A stretch of 64,000 nt of DNA from the human T2T-CHM13v2.0 reference genome, Homo sapiens (GCF_009914755.1 NC_060941.1); one strand, 5' to 3'; shown: positions 47,527 to 61,590, counted from the first letter of the stretch. Program-made: numbers and translations. Notes: generated by a model from the sequence alone, not told the origin.

Positions 47527-48258
47527 GCAGCGTTTGTGGGAAACACGAGCCAAAGCAAGAAAAGACCAACCTAAGAGTGAGTGACTTGGCTCCTCATTCT
47601 ACATTCATTTTCATCCAATGGGGCCCAAGGGCATGTACCCATTACCCATCTGGGCAGTTCCCTTGAATGTGGGCTTCTGTTTGCCCGTGGAGGTGAGGAA
47701 CTTCAAGGAAGAAACCATGAAAGACCTCTTGAGGCTGAGGGCTGGCACCAGCACCAAGATCTCCAGGCAGCTGGAACAGTGATGGCTCCTCCGTCCTCGC
47801 AGGCGGGGCACCCAACAGGGTGTGACCGTCACCTGAGGGGAGACAGCCAGAGGCACAGGCCTGATCCTGGGACTGAGGTTGGCGGTTTGGGTGGAGAGGT
47901 GATTCTGAGTGTGACACCCTCCAGTGATAAAGTGGGGGGCTTCCCAGCAGCCCCTGGGGAAACAGGCTGCATCTCTGGAGACAGGAGATATGTGGAGGCC
48001 TGAGGGGCAGTGGAAAGCCCTGTGTGTCTGGGTCAGGTCTCTCCTTGGCAGGTAATGGTTTGTCCCAGTAGTTTTCAGACTCCCCATCCTGCCCTGTCCT
48101 TCTCCTGTCTGATGCTCAGACCTGTCACTCCCAGCTCAGCCCCCACCTTACTGTCTACCCCTCAGAGTCCCTCCCACCAAGGGCACCTTCTGTCCCACAT
48201 CTCCATGGTGCAGTCATGGGAGGAGAACTTGGGAGCATAAGAAACTCCACCAAGTTGG

Positions 48259-48570
48259 GGCCAGGCATGGTGGCTCACGCCTGTAATCCCAGCACTTTGG
48301 GAGGCCGAGGCTGGTGAATCACAAGGTCAGGAGTTTGAGACCAGCCTGACCAACATAATGAAATCCCGTCTCTATTAAAAATGCAAAAAATTAGCCGGGC
48401 ATGGTGGCAGGTGCCTGTAATCCCAGCTACTCACGAGGCTGAGGCAGGAGAATCACTTGAACCGGGAGGCAGAGGATGCAGTGAGCCAAGATCGCGCCAT
48501 TGCACTCCAGCCTGGGTGGCAGTGAAAGACTTGGTCTCAAAAAAAAAAAAAAGAAAGAAAGAAAAAAAAA
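48259..48570 (+). mobile_element. AluS
   Basis: TSD AAGAAACTCCACCAAG. Confidence 0.92.
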
Positions 48571-48781
48571 GAAACTCCACCAAGGGCTTTTGGGTCCTAG
48601 GGACAGCAATGATGTGGCTGGTCCAGCCAGAACCTCATTTTGTCAGTAAAGTTGGGACCCATATTCCCTAAGAGATTTGTCCCAAGAACACATGGGTTGC
48701 TACAGCGGAGGAGAAATCAAGTCTGTTTTCCCTCTGGTGAATTGTCCCCTGAACGTGCTTTCTTCCTACAGTGTTGCCAGG

Positions 48782-48812
<31 letters not shown>

Positions 48813-49499
48813 TGTCCACGATGTCAGCTGGGGTGATACCAAAACAATTGTGGGAGGAACAACATCCGCAAATTGAATAGTGTGAGGAGTGTGGACAGAA
48901 GATGTTTTGTCTTTGGCCTCATCTCCCAGACTTGATCTTTGTAAATACAGAAGTTTCCACCAGAGCCGAACCTGGCAATGACTTGAGGAGCAGCTGCAAG
49001 GAAGACAGCCTCTCCCAGGGTATCACCTGGGGGCACACCCCAGCTTCCCCTCCTGAGCCTCATCGAGGGGTTAGTGCTACCTCTCGGGAAAACATAAAGA
49101 TGACAAGAAGCCAAAGGTGCCAATAGTTCCCATTTAGTATAAAAGCTGGCTCAGCAAATCATGCTATTTCAGGGCCTAGGGTGGGCCAGTTCCCAGGCAG
49201 CCCTGGCAGGAAGGACTCTGAGAGGCGGACAGTAAGGTAGGGGCTTGGGAGTGATAGGTCTAAACATCTGATGGAAGCAAAAGGGAGGACAAGGGAGGGA
49301 GTCAAAAAATCCGGGAAGCCTGTCCTTCCAGAAAGTACCGACACCAGGGTGAGGTGGATCCCAGCACCCGCACCTCTGAATGGCCTTTCCCCTGCACCCC
49401 TATCCCGCCCCCACTCGGAGCTACCCCAAGCACCTGTTCCTCTGGGCCCCAAGGTGACGCCCTTTGTGTGTGTATAGGAAAGGACGGTGTACACATTTG

Positions 49500-50030
49500 G
49501 TTAGTTCCTTCTTTTACACCATAAATTATCAGAGACAACCCTTTTGGAAAGCAATTTGGCAATAATATCAAGTGACATAAAGATGTTCATAGCCTTTGGC
49601 CCAATAATCTTCCTCCTGGGAATTAATCCTAAGAAAATAATTCACAAGGAAGAAAGAACCATTTTGTATCTACAAAGACATTTATTGGGGTGTTATTTAT
49701 GATAGGGAAAAACTGGAGACACCCTCCCCAGCCAACATAGAGGGATGGTCCTATAAATTATGATACATCCATCCAATGAAATGTTACCCTGCCAGTAAAA
49801 ATGGTAAATTGAAAATTGTGTAGCAACAAGAAAGAGTGTTCAGAAAATAAAAGCAAGTGAAAAAAGGAGCACAGGATTGTCTATATGCTGTGATCAATGG
49901 CAATGCTGACAAATCCATGTATGTGTAGATAGTTGTAGTGTTACCTGTAAGGCACGATAAGGCGGATGTAACTGTGCTTCAAATGTTCTTTTCCATAGCT
50001 GTGGAGTCCTTCTAGTATGAAATCATTTTT
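49500..50030 (+). mobile_element. Old L1M 3' fragment
   Basis: CCTTTTGGAAAGCAATTTGGCAA..CTCCTGGGAATTAATCCTAAGAAAATAAT. Confidence 0.65.
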
Positions 50031-50269
50031 GTAAAATCGCAATTTGTCACCAGGGGTTTTGACTTTCCTTATTGCCTCGTGGGAGGTGGCAGAGGCAGCA
50101 CATCTCAGACCGAGCCTCGGTTCCTCCCCCTACCTCCCACCGCTGCGCTTGAAGAAAGATGCTGCAGCCTCCCCAGTCCCCATGCCAGCGCTCCCACTTT
50201 TCTCTGAGCTTTCGGTGGCAGACAGCGCCTTGGGCACTTTTTCATGCTCATAATTCGAATTACCTGTTT

Positions 50270-50670
50270 AAGTCGGTCAAATGAAAAAATACCAGCTCCG
50301 CCCCCACGCGGGCTGGCCGGGGCGCCTGGAGCGCCAGGGCGGCTGCAGCGCGCTCTCCGCGGCCGTCGGCCCTGAGCTCATTTCCTGGGGCGCGCGCGCC
50401 GGGCTATTTCAGCCTGGCGCTGTGCAAACAGGACAATTTACTGCGGCCAAAAGGGACCCAAATTACAATCGTATCACAGACAAATATCCGCCACGCCAGG
50501 TCTCCAGGGGCCAGGAGGGGCCTCTCTCCCGGCGCGGGGGGCGGGCGCGGGGTCAGGCAGGTCCGCGGGGCTCGGCTCGGCCTCGCCGTGCCCTGATCGG
50601 CGTTTGCCACCGAGCTGTGCCTGCTCTCTGCAACAGGAAGGGGCCCAGCTCCCCCGGGCGACCGTTCCTA
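50270..50670. promoter_or_regulatory. Orphan CpG island / candidate developmental enhancer
   Basis: Non-repeat, CpG-dense sequence (gcgcgcgc, ccgcgg, cggccg) with an internal AT-richer core at 50405-50490 (CAATTTACTG, AAATTAC). Confidence 0.65.
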
Positions 50671-51229
50671 TCTGAGTTCTCGTTCCTATCTGGGTTTTCG
50701 TGCAGAAAAACTTCATCTCTTCCCAGGGATTTTCCCCTGATTTAGGGTCCCCTTTTATTTGGTTTCTTTTCAGCACTTGGGATGAAAACATCCCTCCATC
50801 CAGCCACTCCAGGGCTCAAAGTCATATCTCCTCGTTCAGAAACCTCAGTGCCTGTCCACCACTCTTCCGGAAAAGTCGGAATCCTTAGTGTGATGGTCAA
50901 AGACCGCTCTTGGTCCAGTCCACCTGTCCAGGGCCAGCCCCTGTACCCAGATGCTCCAACCACGGAGAGCACATCAGACTTTCACAATTTTATCCTTGAC
51001 AATTGCCTTTTCATCCTGCCTAAATGTTCCCTTGTTTCTTTCTGCCTAGTGAGCTCTTATTCCTTCTTTAAGACCCAGATACACATCACCTCTTCCATGA
51101 AGCCTTCCCAGACTTCCCCTTTCCCTGCTTGACATCTGCCTTCCAAGCAGAGTCAGCCCCTTTTCCTTCCTAGCACCGTGCAGAGGTAGATGGTACTTCT
51201 CACATCCTGTAATTAATTGCTTGCATGCC

Positions 51230-51590
51230 TGTGGTACACCGTACCATTGCTCACAAATATTTCCTCTTCCTCTCTGGAGAAGGATTACACTTCCTTGATC
51301 CATTGGCCTCACTCAGGCTTCGCCACATGACTGGTGCTGGCCAGTGAAGTGGGACATGTGAGTTACTGGGGAGCAGAAACTTTCAAAGCCAAGCATGGCT
51401 CACCTTGTTCTCTCTTCCCTCTGTTACAAGGATGGCAGTGCCCCAGCCAGAAACCACACTGCCAGCCTGGCATAGGAGTGGAGCAGGGCACACATAAGTG
51501 TGAGAGAAATGAACTTCACCTCAGTGCTCGAGGCCCCTGGGACCATGGACTCATTTGTTACTGCAGCATAAACTAGCTGGTCTTGACTTC
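51230..51590 (+). mobile_element. MLT1-type LTR
   Basis: Ends ..ATTTGTTACTGCAGCATAAACTAGCTGGTCTTGACT. Confidence 0.6.
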
Positions 51591-51679
51591 AGCTTCTGCC
51601 TCTCTTCCCTGGCTTTGCCTTCACAAAATCAAGAGTCTGATCTTACTCATATTATAGAGCTGGTCTTCAACCATGTTCT

Positions 51680-51987
<308 letters not shown>

Positions 51988-52352
51988 CCCATGTTCTTCG
52001 AATGGCCAAGAATATCAGTAGGTAAGGTTTGTTGAGCATGGATTGTGTGCCAGGTGCTGTGCTATGCCTTTGGCAAGCGTTATCCCATTACATCCTTTAA
52101 CAGCACTCTCTGGTGGGTACTGCTCTTATACAAGATTTACAAAAGAGAAAAGAGACTCAGAGGAATGTAGGGGCTCACGTGAGATTGTAAAGTAGTGAGA
52201 AGTGGAGCTGGTCCTTCAGCTCAAATCCCTCTGATGCCAAAGAACTCAAACTCTGCAGTTCCATCATGTGCATCCTCACTCTCTCACTTCCTGCAGAGGA
52301 TCTGTGGAGGTTGTAACTATTGTTTTCACCTGTCTCTTCCACTGGGCTCTGA

Positions 52353-52688
<336 letters not shown>

Positions 52689-53061
52689 TGATTTCCCATC
52701 CATTAATTCAGTCTTTCACCAAGGATGTATTGAGTGCCAATTATATGCCAGGCATCATCTGATGTGTTGGGGACAGAGAAATAAAACAGATAAAAATCCC
52801 TGCTGTTAATTCTAGCCTATGGTGACAAGAAGCAGATCCGTGGCTGCCTGGGGTGAGTGTGGGGTAGGAAATGGGAGAAATGGGGATGACTGCAACTTTG
52901 GGGGTAGTGGAAAATGTTCAGTATCGTGGTAGTGGTGGTGGCTGTACAGGTATATATATCCGCATACATCCCACAGTTCAGAATTATACACTTTAAATGG
53001 TAAATGGATACAGTTTATTATATGTAAATGATCCCTCAATTAAGTTGATTTAGAGGAACCT

Positions 53062-53350
53062 GGCCGGGCGTGGTGGCTCACACCTAGTATTCTCAGCACT
53101 TTGGGAGGCCGAGGTGGGCGGATCATGAGGTCAGGAGATAGAGACCATCCTAGCTAACATGGTGAAAACCCATCTCTACTAAAAACACGAAAACAAAAAA
53201 TTAGCCGGGTGTGGTGGTGGGCGCCTGTAGTCCCAGCTACTCGGGACACTGAACCTGGGAGGCGGAGCTGGCAGTGAGCTGAGATCGCACCACTTCACTC
53301 CAGCCTGGGCAACAGAGCAAGACTCTGCCTTGAAAAAAAAAAAAAAAAAA
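53062..53350 (+). mobile_element. Alu (Sc/Y-like) with a small internal deletion, following an L1M 3' fragment (about 52815-53050)
   Basis: Alu consensus lacking the GGCTGAGGCAGGAGAAT segment. Confidence 0.85.
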
Positions 53351-54145
53351 GAACCCTTGCTCTTATGGAGAAGCATTCTACTGGGGAAAACAGACAATAA
53401 ACACATAGATAAATAAAACATATGTCAGAAAGGGGTAAGTGATGCTCAGAAAAATAGGACAAGGGATCAGAAGTGCTAGGCGTTGCAATTTAAAATAATG
53501 GGGTCTGGAAAGCCACCCTGAGAAGGGCCAATGGAGCTATGCCCAGCCTGTGGTATCCTTCCTCAGGCAGGGGACTGTACCCCCAGCTTACAAGCCTTTT
53601 CGAGGCACCTTCAGGGTTTGAGCCCAAAATGCACTGCACATTAAGTGTTATTGATGGGCTTGTGGAAATCTGCTCTCCGTCAGGCTCTGATGAAACTTTT
53701 CCAACAGGAGACTGAACTCAGTACTGGGCATGGCCCCCTGCACATAGTAAGTCCACAGCAAATGTGTGTGGGGTGAATACTGTCTTCTTTATCCTCCCTT
53801 TTTCTACTCCAGTCCAGGTAGACGGTGTATCTACCCACCCAATTTTGCTGTTTCTGGTACCCTCAGTGGGTCTTGCCTGCTCTTCCTCCTTGAAATCATT
53901 ACTCAGAGGTCTCCGTGTCAGCTCCAGACAGATGGGCCTGGTGCTCCTTTATCTCAATACAATTCCCCCGCTCCCAGGCTCCAGGGGAAATCCTGAGCTA
54001 ACTTTGGTCTTTCCTAAACTCCACACTTCCCTTTGGGCACCTCTTTCCCCATTGCGGGGCTCCCTTTCAGAATTTGCTGCTTTATTTATTTATTTATTTT
54101 TGTCAGAGGTGCATTAATGATGCTTTATTTAAAAACAAAAAACTT

Positions 54146-54518
<373 letters not shown>

Positions 54519-55494
54519 TCAGTGTAAGTTAAATGGTGGTTTTTAGGCTGGACCCATGATTTAAGCTGTACCCATCCAGCTCAAACTGAAAAAAAAAAAA
54601 ATCATTTGAATGTTAAAGCAATCGTTCAGAGTCTTCAAGAAGAAACCAGGCAGGAAAATGCCAATAATGATGACTGGCAAAATCAAAATCTAAAACAAAT
54701 AAACTGTTTATCAAGCTGCCGACAGAAAAAGAAATCTTGCATGGAGACTACAAGTCTGGATTTTCTGGGATGAAATTGTACAGGAATCTCAGTCTACAGT
54801 TTCCTCAATCGCTGTGGAGATGGAGCTGTCACTGAATCTGACAGAGCCCTGCACTCCCCAGTCCGCCGACCCTTTCTGTAATCCAGTCTTCACTGTAGCC
54901 TGAGGAACTATTTCAACCTGCTCCTTTTTTATCTTCTTCTTTGGCACAACCTCAGTGGACTTCTCTGATTCAGAACAAGTTCTAATTGATCTTCTCTGTT
55001 GCTTCTTTTCTACTGAGCCTGTAGAACCAGATGTTGCTTCAAGAGATGATATATTCTGCATTGGCTTTTCATTTCTCTGGTTTGGTTTAGAAATTATAAG
55101 CCTGTCTTGCCCCCTGACACTTATTTCTGTTTTGTTACCAATTCCCTTTGTTGAATAAACAAATTAATTTCCCATCCTCTGTAGCATTCTGAAGAGCAAA
55201 CACTTCTTCAATTTTCACAGCTGGAGACATGTTACACTTCTGCAAATCCAGGCTCCCTTTGTGCATTGTAATGGAAGCTGGTAGGATTTCCTTGCTGCCA
55301 CAGTTTTCCAGGCTATTTTAACAGGAGGTGGCTCTTCCTCGTCCGCGCTTGTGTGCTGCCTCGGGCTGTGTCTCCAAATGTCAGTACTTGAGAGTGAGGA
55401 GGCCACCTCCCCTGCATTGATCTGTTCTGGCTGAGTTTAAAGCACAGATCTTGGTCATCAGGTTTTTTTAACTTCGGCTTTGGAGACAACATTC

Positions 55495-55840
<346 letters not shown>

Positions 55841-57059
55841 CTATTCTTTCTTCTCAAGTCATTTTCAATGCTTTCTCTGCATGGGCAATGCCAAAATCCC
55901 ATTGAGCATGTTCTCTCTGAGGTCAGGGTTTCCAAATCTTTTGTTTCTCAGAGTGATTGCTGGCTTGTTTGGTTGCCTCAGCCAGTAATTCTTCATACCG
56001 CTTATGACCTTTATACTCCTGTACCCATTTTTCATGAACCCACACCCTCTCTGGCTGTTTGCTAAAACACTGGACATGATATTTTCGGGCACCTCCTGTG
56101 TTAATTTTGGTATGAACCTCCAGCTGGGGATCACTTCAATCCATACAAGGCCAGCACGGATAGGTTCCCACCTTGGACCACACAAGATCACCAACTTGAA
56201 ACTTAACACCAGTGGACACTTCTGTTGTTGGAACAGAAGATAGTATTGGCTGAACTGGGGCTTCCTCTTTTAGTACTGGATCTTCCCTTGGTTTTTCTGA
56301 TATGGTGTGAACCCTCTCATTTGGTCTATTTTGTTCCTCTGGTTCTAATTTGGGGATTTTGTGTGACTTGCGCTCTTCAGATCTTGATGAGTCATGCTTT
56401 TTGGGTTTTTTCCTCTTTTCTTTTCTGCTTTCATGCTTTGACTTCGTGTGCTCACTTGCCTGTACTTCATTTAAAAGGTCTCCACAAAGGGAAGACTTGA
56501 ACAATTCCCTGCCATTCTGGATAGTTTTGGTTATTTTTAGTTTAACTTCAGGTGAGCCACTCTTCTTTGGAATCACAGTTTGTGGTACCGAAGTGGTGGC
56601 TGTGGAGGGGAAGGGTTTTCTAGAATTTAATGTGGTCTTCTGTTTAGAATTTCTGAATGGTAATAGTCAGTGGGGCTAAAGTTTCTAGCTGCGCCAAAGT
56701 CATTGGCTGACCCATTAGGATATTGATTATGCGACTGGTATTTGGTTTGAATTTCATACATGCTGATTGATGGCAGGTAGCCATTTGTGAGTGGAGGAAG
56801 ATCTGTTGTAGGTGAGTATTGAAAGCTTTGCTGCAAGGTAGCTTCGTATGGTGTCTGGCCACCATCTTCAGCAATGTCAATTTTGTTATCAAAGGCATCC
56901 TCCTGACGGATGCTGGCGGAGTCAGTGAGTTGAGGTGGTTGTTGAACTGTGTTTCCCGTGATCCCTTGCATGAAAGAGAAAGAGAAATCCATTGTTCTGC
57001 TCCAGCATTCTTAACTTTCCCTTTCTCTCATCGGGCCTTCAGTTTGTCCCGTTCTAACC

Positions 57060-57600
57060 GCCCGGCCGTCTCAATGCGATCACAGGAGGGACACGGAGAT
57101 CGAGGAGGGCCACAGCCGGACCAGGCCAGGCGTGCTGCGGCAGGAGGAAGGCTCCGGAGGTGGGGTGGGAAGGGGAGGCCGAGAGACGGGTGTCGCCGCG
57201 CCCCCGCTGCCGCCAGAGAGGAGCCTACGGCTGGCAGCCTGGCCTGGGCAGCAGGGTCCTCGGCGCTCGGCTGGGAAATCGCACGTCTCTCCGCGGTGAC
57301 CTGTGCACAGCCCCTGGGCCTCCGCCTCCGTGCTGGCAGCCTCCGCCTCAGCGCACAAAGCCCCGTCACCCCGACTCTCGGGGCGCCGCCGCCGCCAAAT
57401 CCTCAGCCCCTCCCTCATTGGCCGCGGCGTCTGCCGGGAAGTGCAGTCCCGGGTTTGGGGCGATGGAGCCCAGGAGGAAGCGGCGAGTCAGCGCGGCGGA
57501 GAGGGCGGAGGGGACGGAGGGGGCGGAGGGGACGAACCACGAACGCCCGCGGCCGCGAGGGTCTGGACGACAAAGGAGAGACTAGGCGAGAGGGCTTGTT
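57060..57600. promoter_or_regulatory. CpG island formed by the retrocopied NSD3 5' leader; CCAAT, ETS and GC-box motifs
   Basis: Very GC- and CpG-dense. ATTGG at 57417-57421, GGAAGT at 57437-57442, GGGCGG at 57503-57508 and 57521-57526. Confidence 0.75.
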
Positions 57601-57601
57601 G

Positions 57602-57602
<1 letters not shown>

Positions 57603-57634
<32 letters not shown>

Positions 57635-57866
57635 AGACGGAGTCTCGCTCTGTCACCCAGGCTGGAGTGCAATGGCGCGATCTCGGCTCGCTGCAACCTC
57701 CGCCTCCCGGGTTCAAGCGATTCTCCTGCTTCAGCCTCCGAGGAGCTGGGATTACGGGGGCGCGCCTCCACGCCCAGCTAATTCTTTGTACTTTTAGTAG
57801 AGATGGGGTTTCACCATGTTGGCCAGGCTGGTATCGAACTCCTGACCTCGCGATCCACCCGCCTTG
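57603..57866 (-). mobile_element. 5'-truncated, CpG-rich Alu abutting the retrocopy 5' end
   Basis: Poly-T followed by Alu sequence ending at ..CCGCCTTGG. Confidence 0.92.
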
Positions 57867-59965
57867 GTGTTGCACTTTTATAACTCTTTTTACCTTCTCA
57901 CCAAACTAGCATTTAGGAAAAAAAAAAAATCAACAAAAACAAAACAAAAAAACCAAAAACCTCTATCAGTCATTTACACGTTAGTTGGAAATAATTTAGA
58001 CCAGTGTGGCTCTCCTTCGCAGAACACATTCAGTCCTCTGTGATTATTAGAAGCAAGGTTCACCTTTTGATCTTGGTTAAAGAAATTTCAGGCTAAATTT
58101 CTGGGGAGGAGATGTATTTCAGGTTCCAGGATCCCAGAATTGCTCTGCACAAGTCACAGCCATCCTTGTTCCCTGAAGTCTCTGTTGGCTGCACCATGTC
58201 TGCTGCTCCTTTATGAGTGGTTTTGGGAGAGGCCAGGCTGAGCTCTTACTAGCTCCTTGCAACAAAACAAGCGAATGTGAAAAGTCTTAAACACTCAGCT
58301 TTCTGGTCAGAGGAAATCCCAAAATCAGCATGACTCAGGATTTTAAGTGCCCCATAGAGTGTCCAAGAGAAGAAACCTAGGAGTCTAGGGTCTTTCAAAA
58401 CCCCAAAGTTAAAACCTTTTATCACCCTTTCCTGACCTTCCTGGCTTAGGATTTTAGGCAGCCTCTTGGAGGCCTCCCTTGCCTGGGGCACACTTGGCCA
58501 TAAACCCATTCATTCAGCCCTACTGATTTAGTGCCCATTATGTGCCAGGCAGAGGAAAAGTAGAAATGGTAGGATCTATCTTCAAGGGGCTCAAAGTCTG
58601 CAGGAAACAGGATCCGCTAACAAATTAGAGCACAAGGGTGTGCCGAGTGCTATAATAGCAGTGTGGGTTGCTGTTGAGAAAATACAGAGGAGGGTACCAC
58701 CAGGGAGCTTCTATGAGTTGAGCTGAGCCTTGAAGGTTGAAGAGGCATTTCTCACATAGAGAAGACGAAATAGTGCCCTGATTGTATACTAGGAATGAAA
58801 ACACCAAGTGCTTACCAAGCTCAGATAGGTAACGTAAATGAATGGAGTAGGTGAGTAAAGTAGCAGGGATTGTCAGCGGTGGTGGGGAAGTGGAAGGCCT
58901 GCATCCTGCCTACAGGGCTTCTGCTGGAAAGACAGCCTGGCCTGGATTCAGCCTCCATTTGCACCTTCTGCTAGGTGCTTTTGTGCAGTGCACAACTCAC
59001 ACAACCTCACATGGCTGCCCTGCCTGCCTAAGCTGGCCATCAGCTGCTTGTTGCCATACTGAAAAAGAGGGTTTGGTTTTGCCTCGCCTTGCTTTTTCAA
59101 TAGAAGCCAGAAACTTGAATTTTTATGTAAAAATTTCCAATTTGTCAAATGCCATTGTAGCCAAACAAAAATCTAGCCTCAGGCTGGATCCACCATAGAG
59201 TTTCAGTTTGAGACCCCGATGGGAACCAGTCCCCTGGGCACATGCTGCTCTCTCTCCTCCATACCATGCAACACAGTCCTTTGCTGAGATTTGACAAGGG
59301 AAACACAGTCATAGATGAAACCCCCTACAGCTGCTGCAAAGCCCTTCAGAAACATGAGATTGGCCTCTGAACCAGAGGAAAGTAACGTGGGGCTGTACAA
59401 CAGCAGCCAGCCTGTGAGACTGATGGATAAAGCTTTAATTTATCGGTGCACCTTGTTTGGAGAAAGCTTCCCTGCCCTCTTGGCTGCCCCCACCTCCAAC
59501 CCCTCCTGTTTTGCTAATGATAAATGACAAGCAGTGGACATTTATTAATTAAACCACCCGCTGTAGCCATTGGTAAAACCCAAGGCCACATGCAGGGGAA
59601 GCATTCAAAGCATTCCTGCTGCCCCTGCCCAGGGCACAGGCCCCAGGGTTATCCTTTGCTGGAGAGAGCAGGCCACGGCGGCCACAGCCTCACATGATGG
59701 GCCTTCCTAGGATCTGTCTGGGTTCTGGCTGATAAATGGAAATCACCTCCATGGGCCACACAGTAATTAAACTCCTGGCATTCTTTTGACAAAAAAAAAG
59801 TTCCTCATGGGACATTCCCACAAGCTGCTGAAGGTCTGGGCCCTGCAAGCTCCCAGCTGATTACCAAGGAGTTTTCGAAGTTGGCCTTGACTGAGGATCA
59901 AAGGAGGATGGGAGTTCAGGGAATGAGGGTGGGGGTGGGAAATGCCTTAGAATTAAGTTGATGAT

Positions 59966-60272
59966 GGCCTGTTGCGGTGGCTTATGCCTCTAATCTCAGT
60001 GCTTTGGGAGGCTGAGGCGGGAAAATCACTTGAGCCCAGGAGTTTGAGACCAGCATGGACAACATGGTGAGACCTTTTCTTAACAAAAAATTTAAAAATT
60101 AGCCTGGTGTGGTGGCACATGCCTGTGGTCCCATCTACACGAGGAGGCTGAGGTGCTAGGATTGCTTGAGTCCAGGAGGTTGAGGATGCAGTGAGCTGTG
60201 TTTGCACCACTGCACTTCAGCCTGGTGAAGGAGGAGACCCTGAGACAGAAGGAGACCCTGTCTCAAAAAAAA
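59966..60272 (+). mobile_element. AluJ
   Basis: TSD AAGTTGAT; small internal duplication AGGAGACCCTG. Confidence 0.9.
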
Positions 60273-61590
60273 GTTGATCATTTGGATGTTCGGCCTGAAA
60301 CACCCACATTTATTTCCCCAGGACCGAGATGGGCAGAGAGATAAAAGCAGGCCTTCAAGGCTCATTTATTTATATTTCTACTGTTTATTTGTTCCACTGA
60401 TGTACCCCAAGTACCTAAAACAGAGCCTGGAACATAGTAGGTGCTCAGTAAATATTTGTTGACTGATTAGCTGGAGATGTGCTCATGTCTTTTTAACGAA
60501 AGCAGTAATCAGGAGAAATTCCTAATTAAGGTCCTAGAACCAGTGGCTTCTAATTGTTTGCTGCCACAGGATTGTAAACATGTTGAAGATGAGGCCAGTG
60601 TCTTATTCAATTGACTGTCCCCAGAAGCAGGCACAGTGCCCAGCCTAGGGCCTACACACCGTGGTTTCTCAACGATATCAATTGTCTGAATGACTCAGGG
60701 GTAAACCATTTTTCAGTGCTGGGTCAGGCAGAGCCCCACTGGGACGTGACCTGCACACACTTTGGCAGTCCCCTGGGATGCAGTGGTAGCAGCAGCAGAG
60801 TCATAAAGCCTGGGGATCAGAGCCACACTGGATATCACAGCTGGAAAGGCCTGAGATCTCAGCCAGTCCCTTGCTAAGCAGAAAGAAGAAATGAATTAGC
60901 TACAAATCTTGGGGCCTCTAAAAACACAGCTTCATTTTTCTGTTTCTCCTATAGACTCCCCATTCTGTCCAACTGCCAAAAACATTTAAGTTTATTTAAT
61001 AATCAATGTCAGCTGAAGTTGGTCATATCAGACTTAAATTCAATCTATTCCCAGTTGCCTCAACTTCCCTTGTCAGGTCATCTACTTAGTTCTAGTGGCT
61101 TCTGTGCCATAGGAGGGGGAGCTGGAGGAGGGGGAGAGCCGAGCCATGGTCATCAGTATCTGTCTTCACTAACCTCTTGGGCATGGTCACCCCATTTTGT
61201 TGGTGTCTGCTAAATCCACATCTTTTTTTTCTGTAGTAATTAGCCCACACACTCTGTGTCCTCCTGACTCTGCAGCTGAGGCCCTCCCAGCCCACCAGGC
61301 CCTGCCCAGCACCTTCCATGCCTTCCTTGGAAGTGTTGGAAAACTAGCTGGCCCCTCATACTATAGGGACCCAGGGAAGTTCTGATTGACCCTGGGTGCC
61401 ATGATAGAACAGGACTCCACCCACTCAGCATTCCAGATAAACAGTGGACACAGTCTCCTTTGCACTCCTATTTTCCCAACTGGTTGGGAGGATTCTGTTG
61501 GTGCCTGCTCCCCACCCTATTGGGATCTCTGTCTCCCTGGTGAGCTGTGTATGTGCATGATGGTGAGGGTCTCCAGCAACAAGGAAAGGA

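Noticed and set aside
48787-48812. Isolated poly(A) as the tail of another retrocopy
   Set aside because: No upstream AATAAA, recognisable mRNA homology or convincing TSD seen.
56819-57781. 320-aa plus-strand ORF, the longest in the track
   Set aside because: Non-ATG start, antisense to the pseudogene, stays open because of the GC-rich island, and runs into poly-T and Alu; no recognisable domain.
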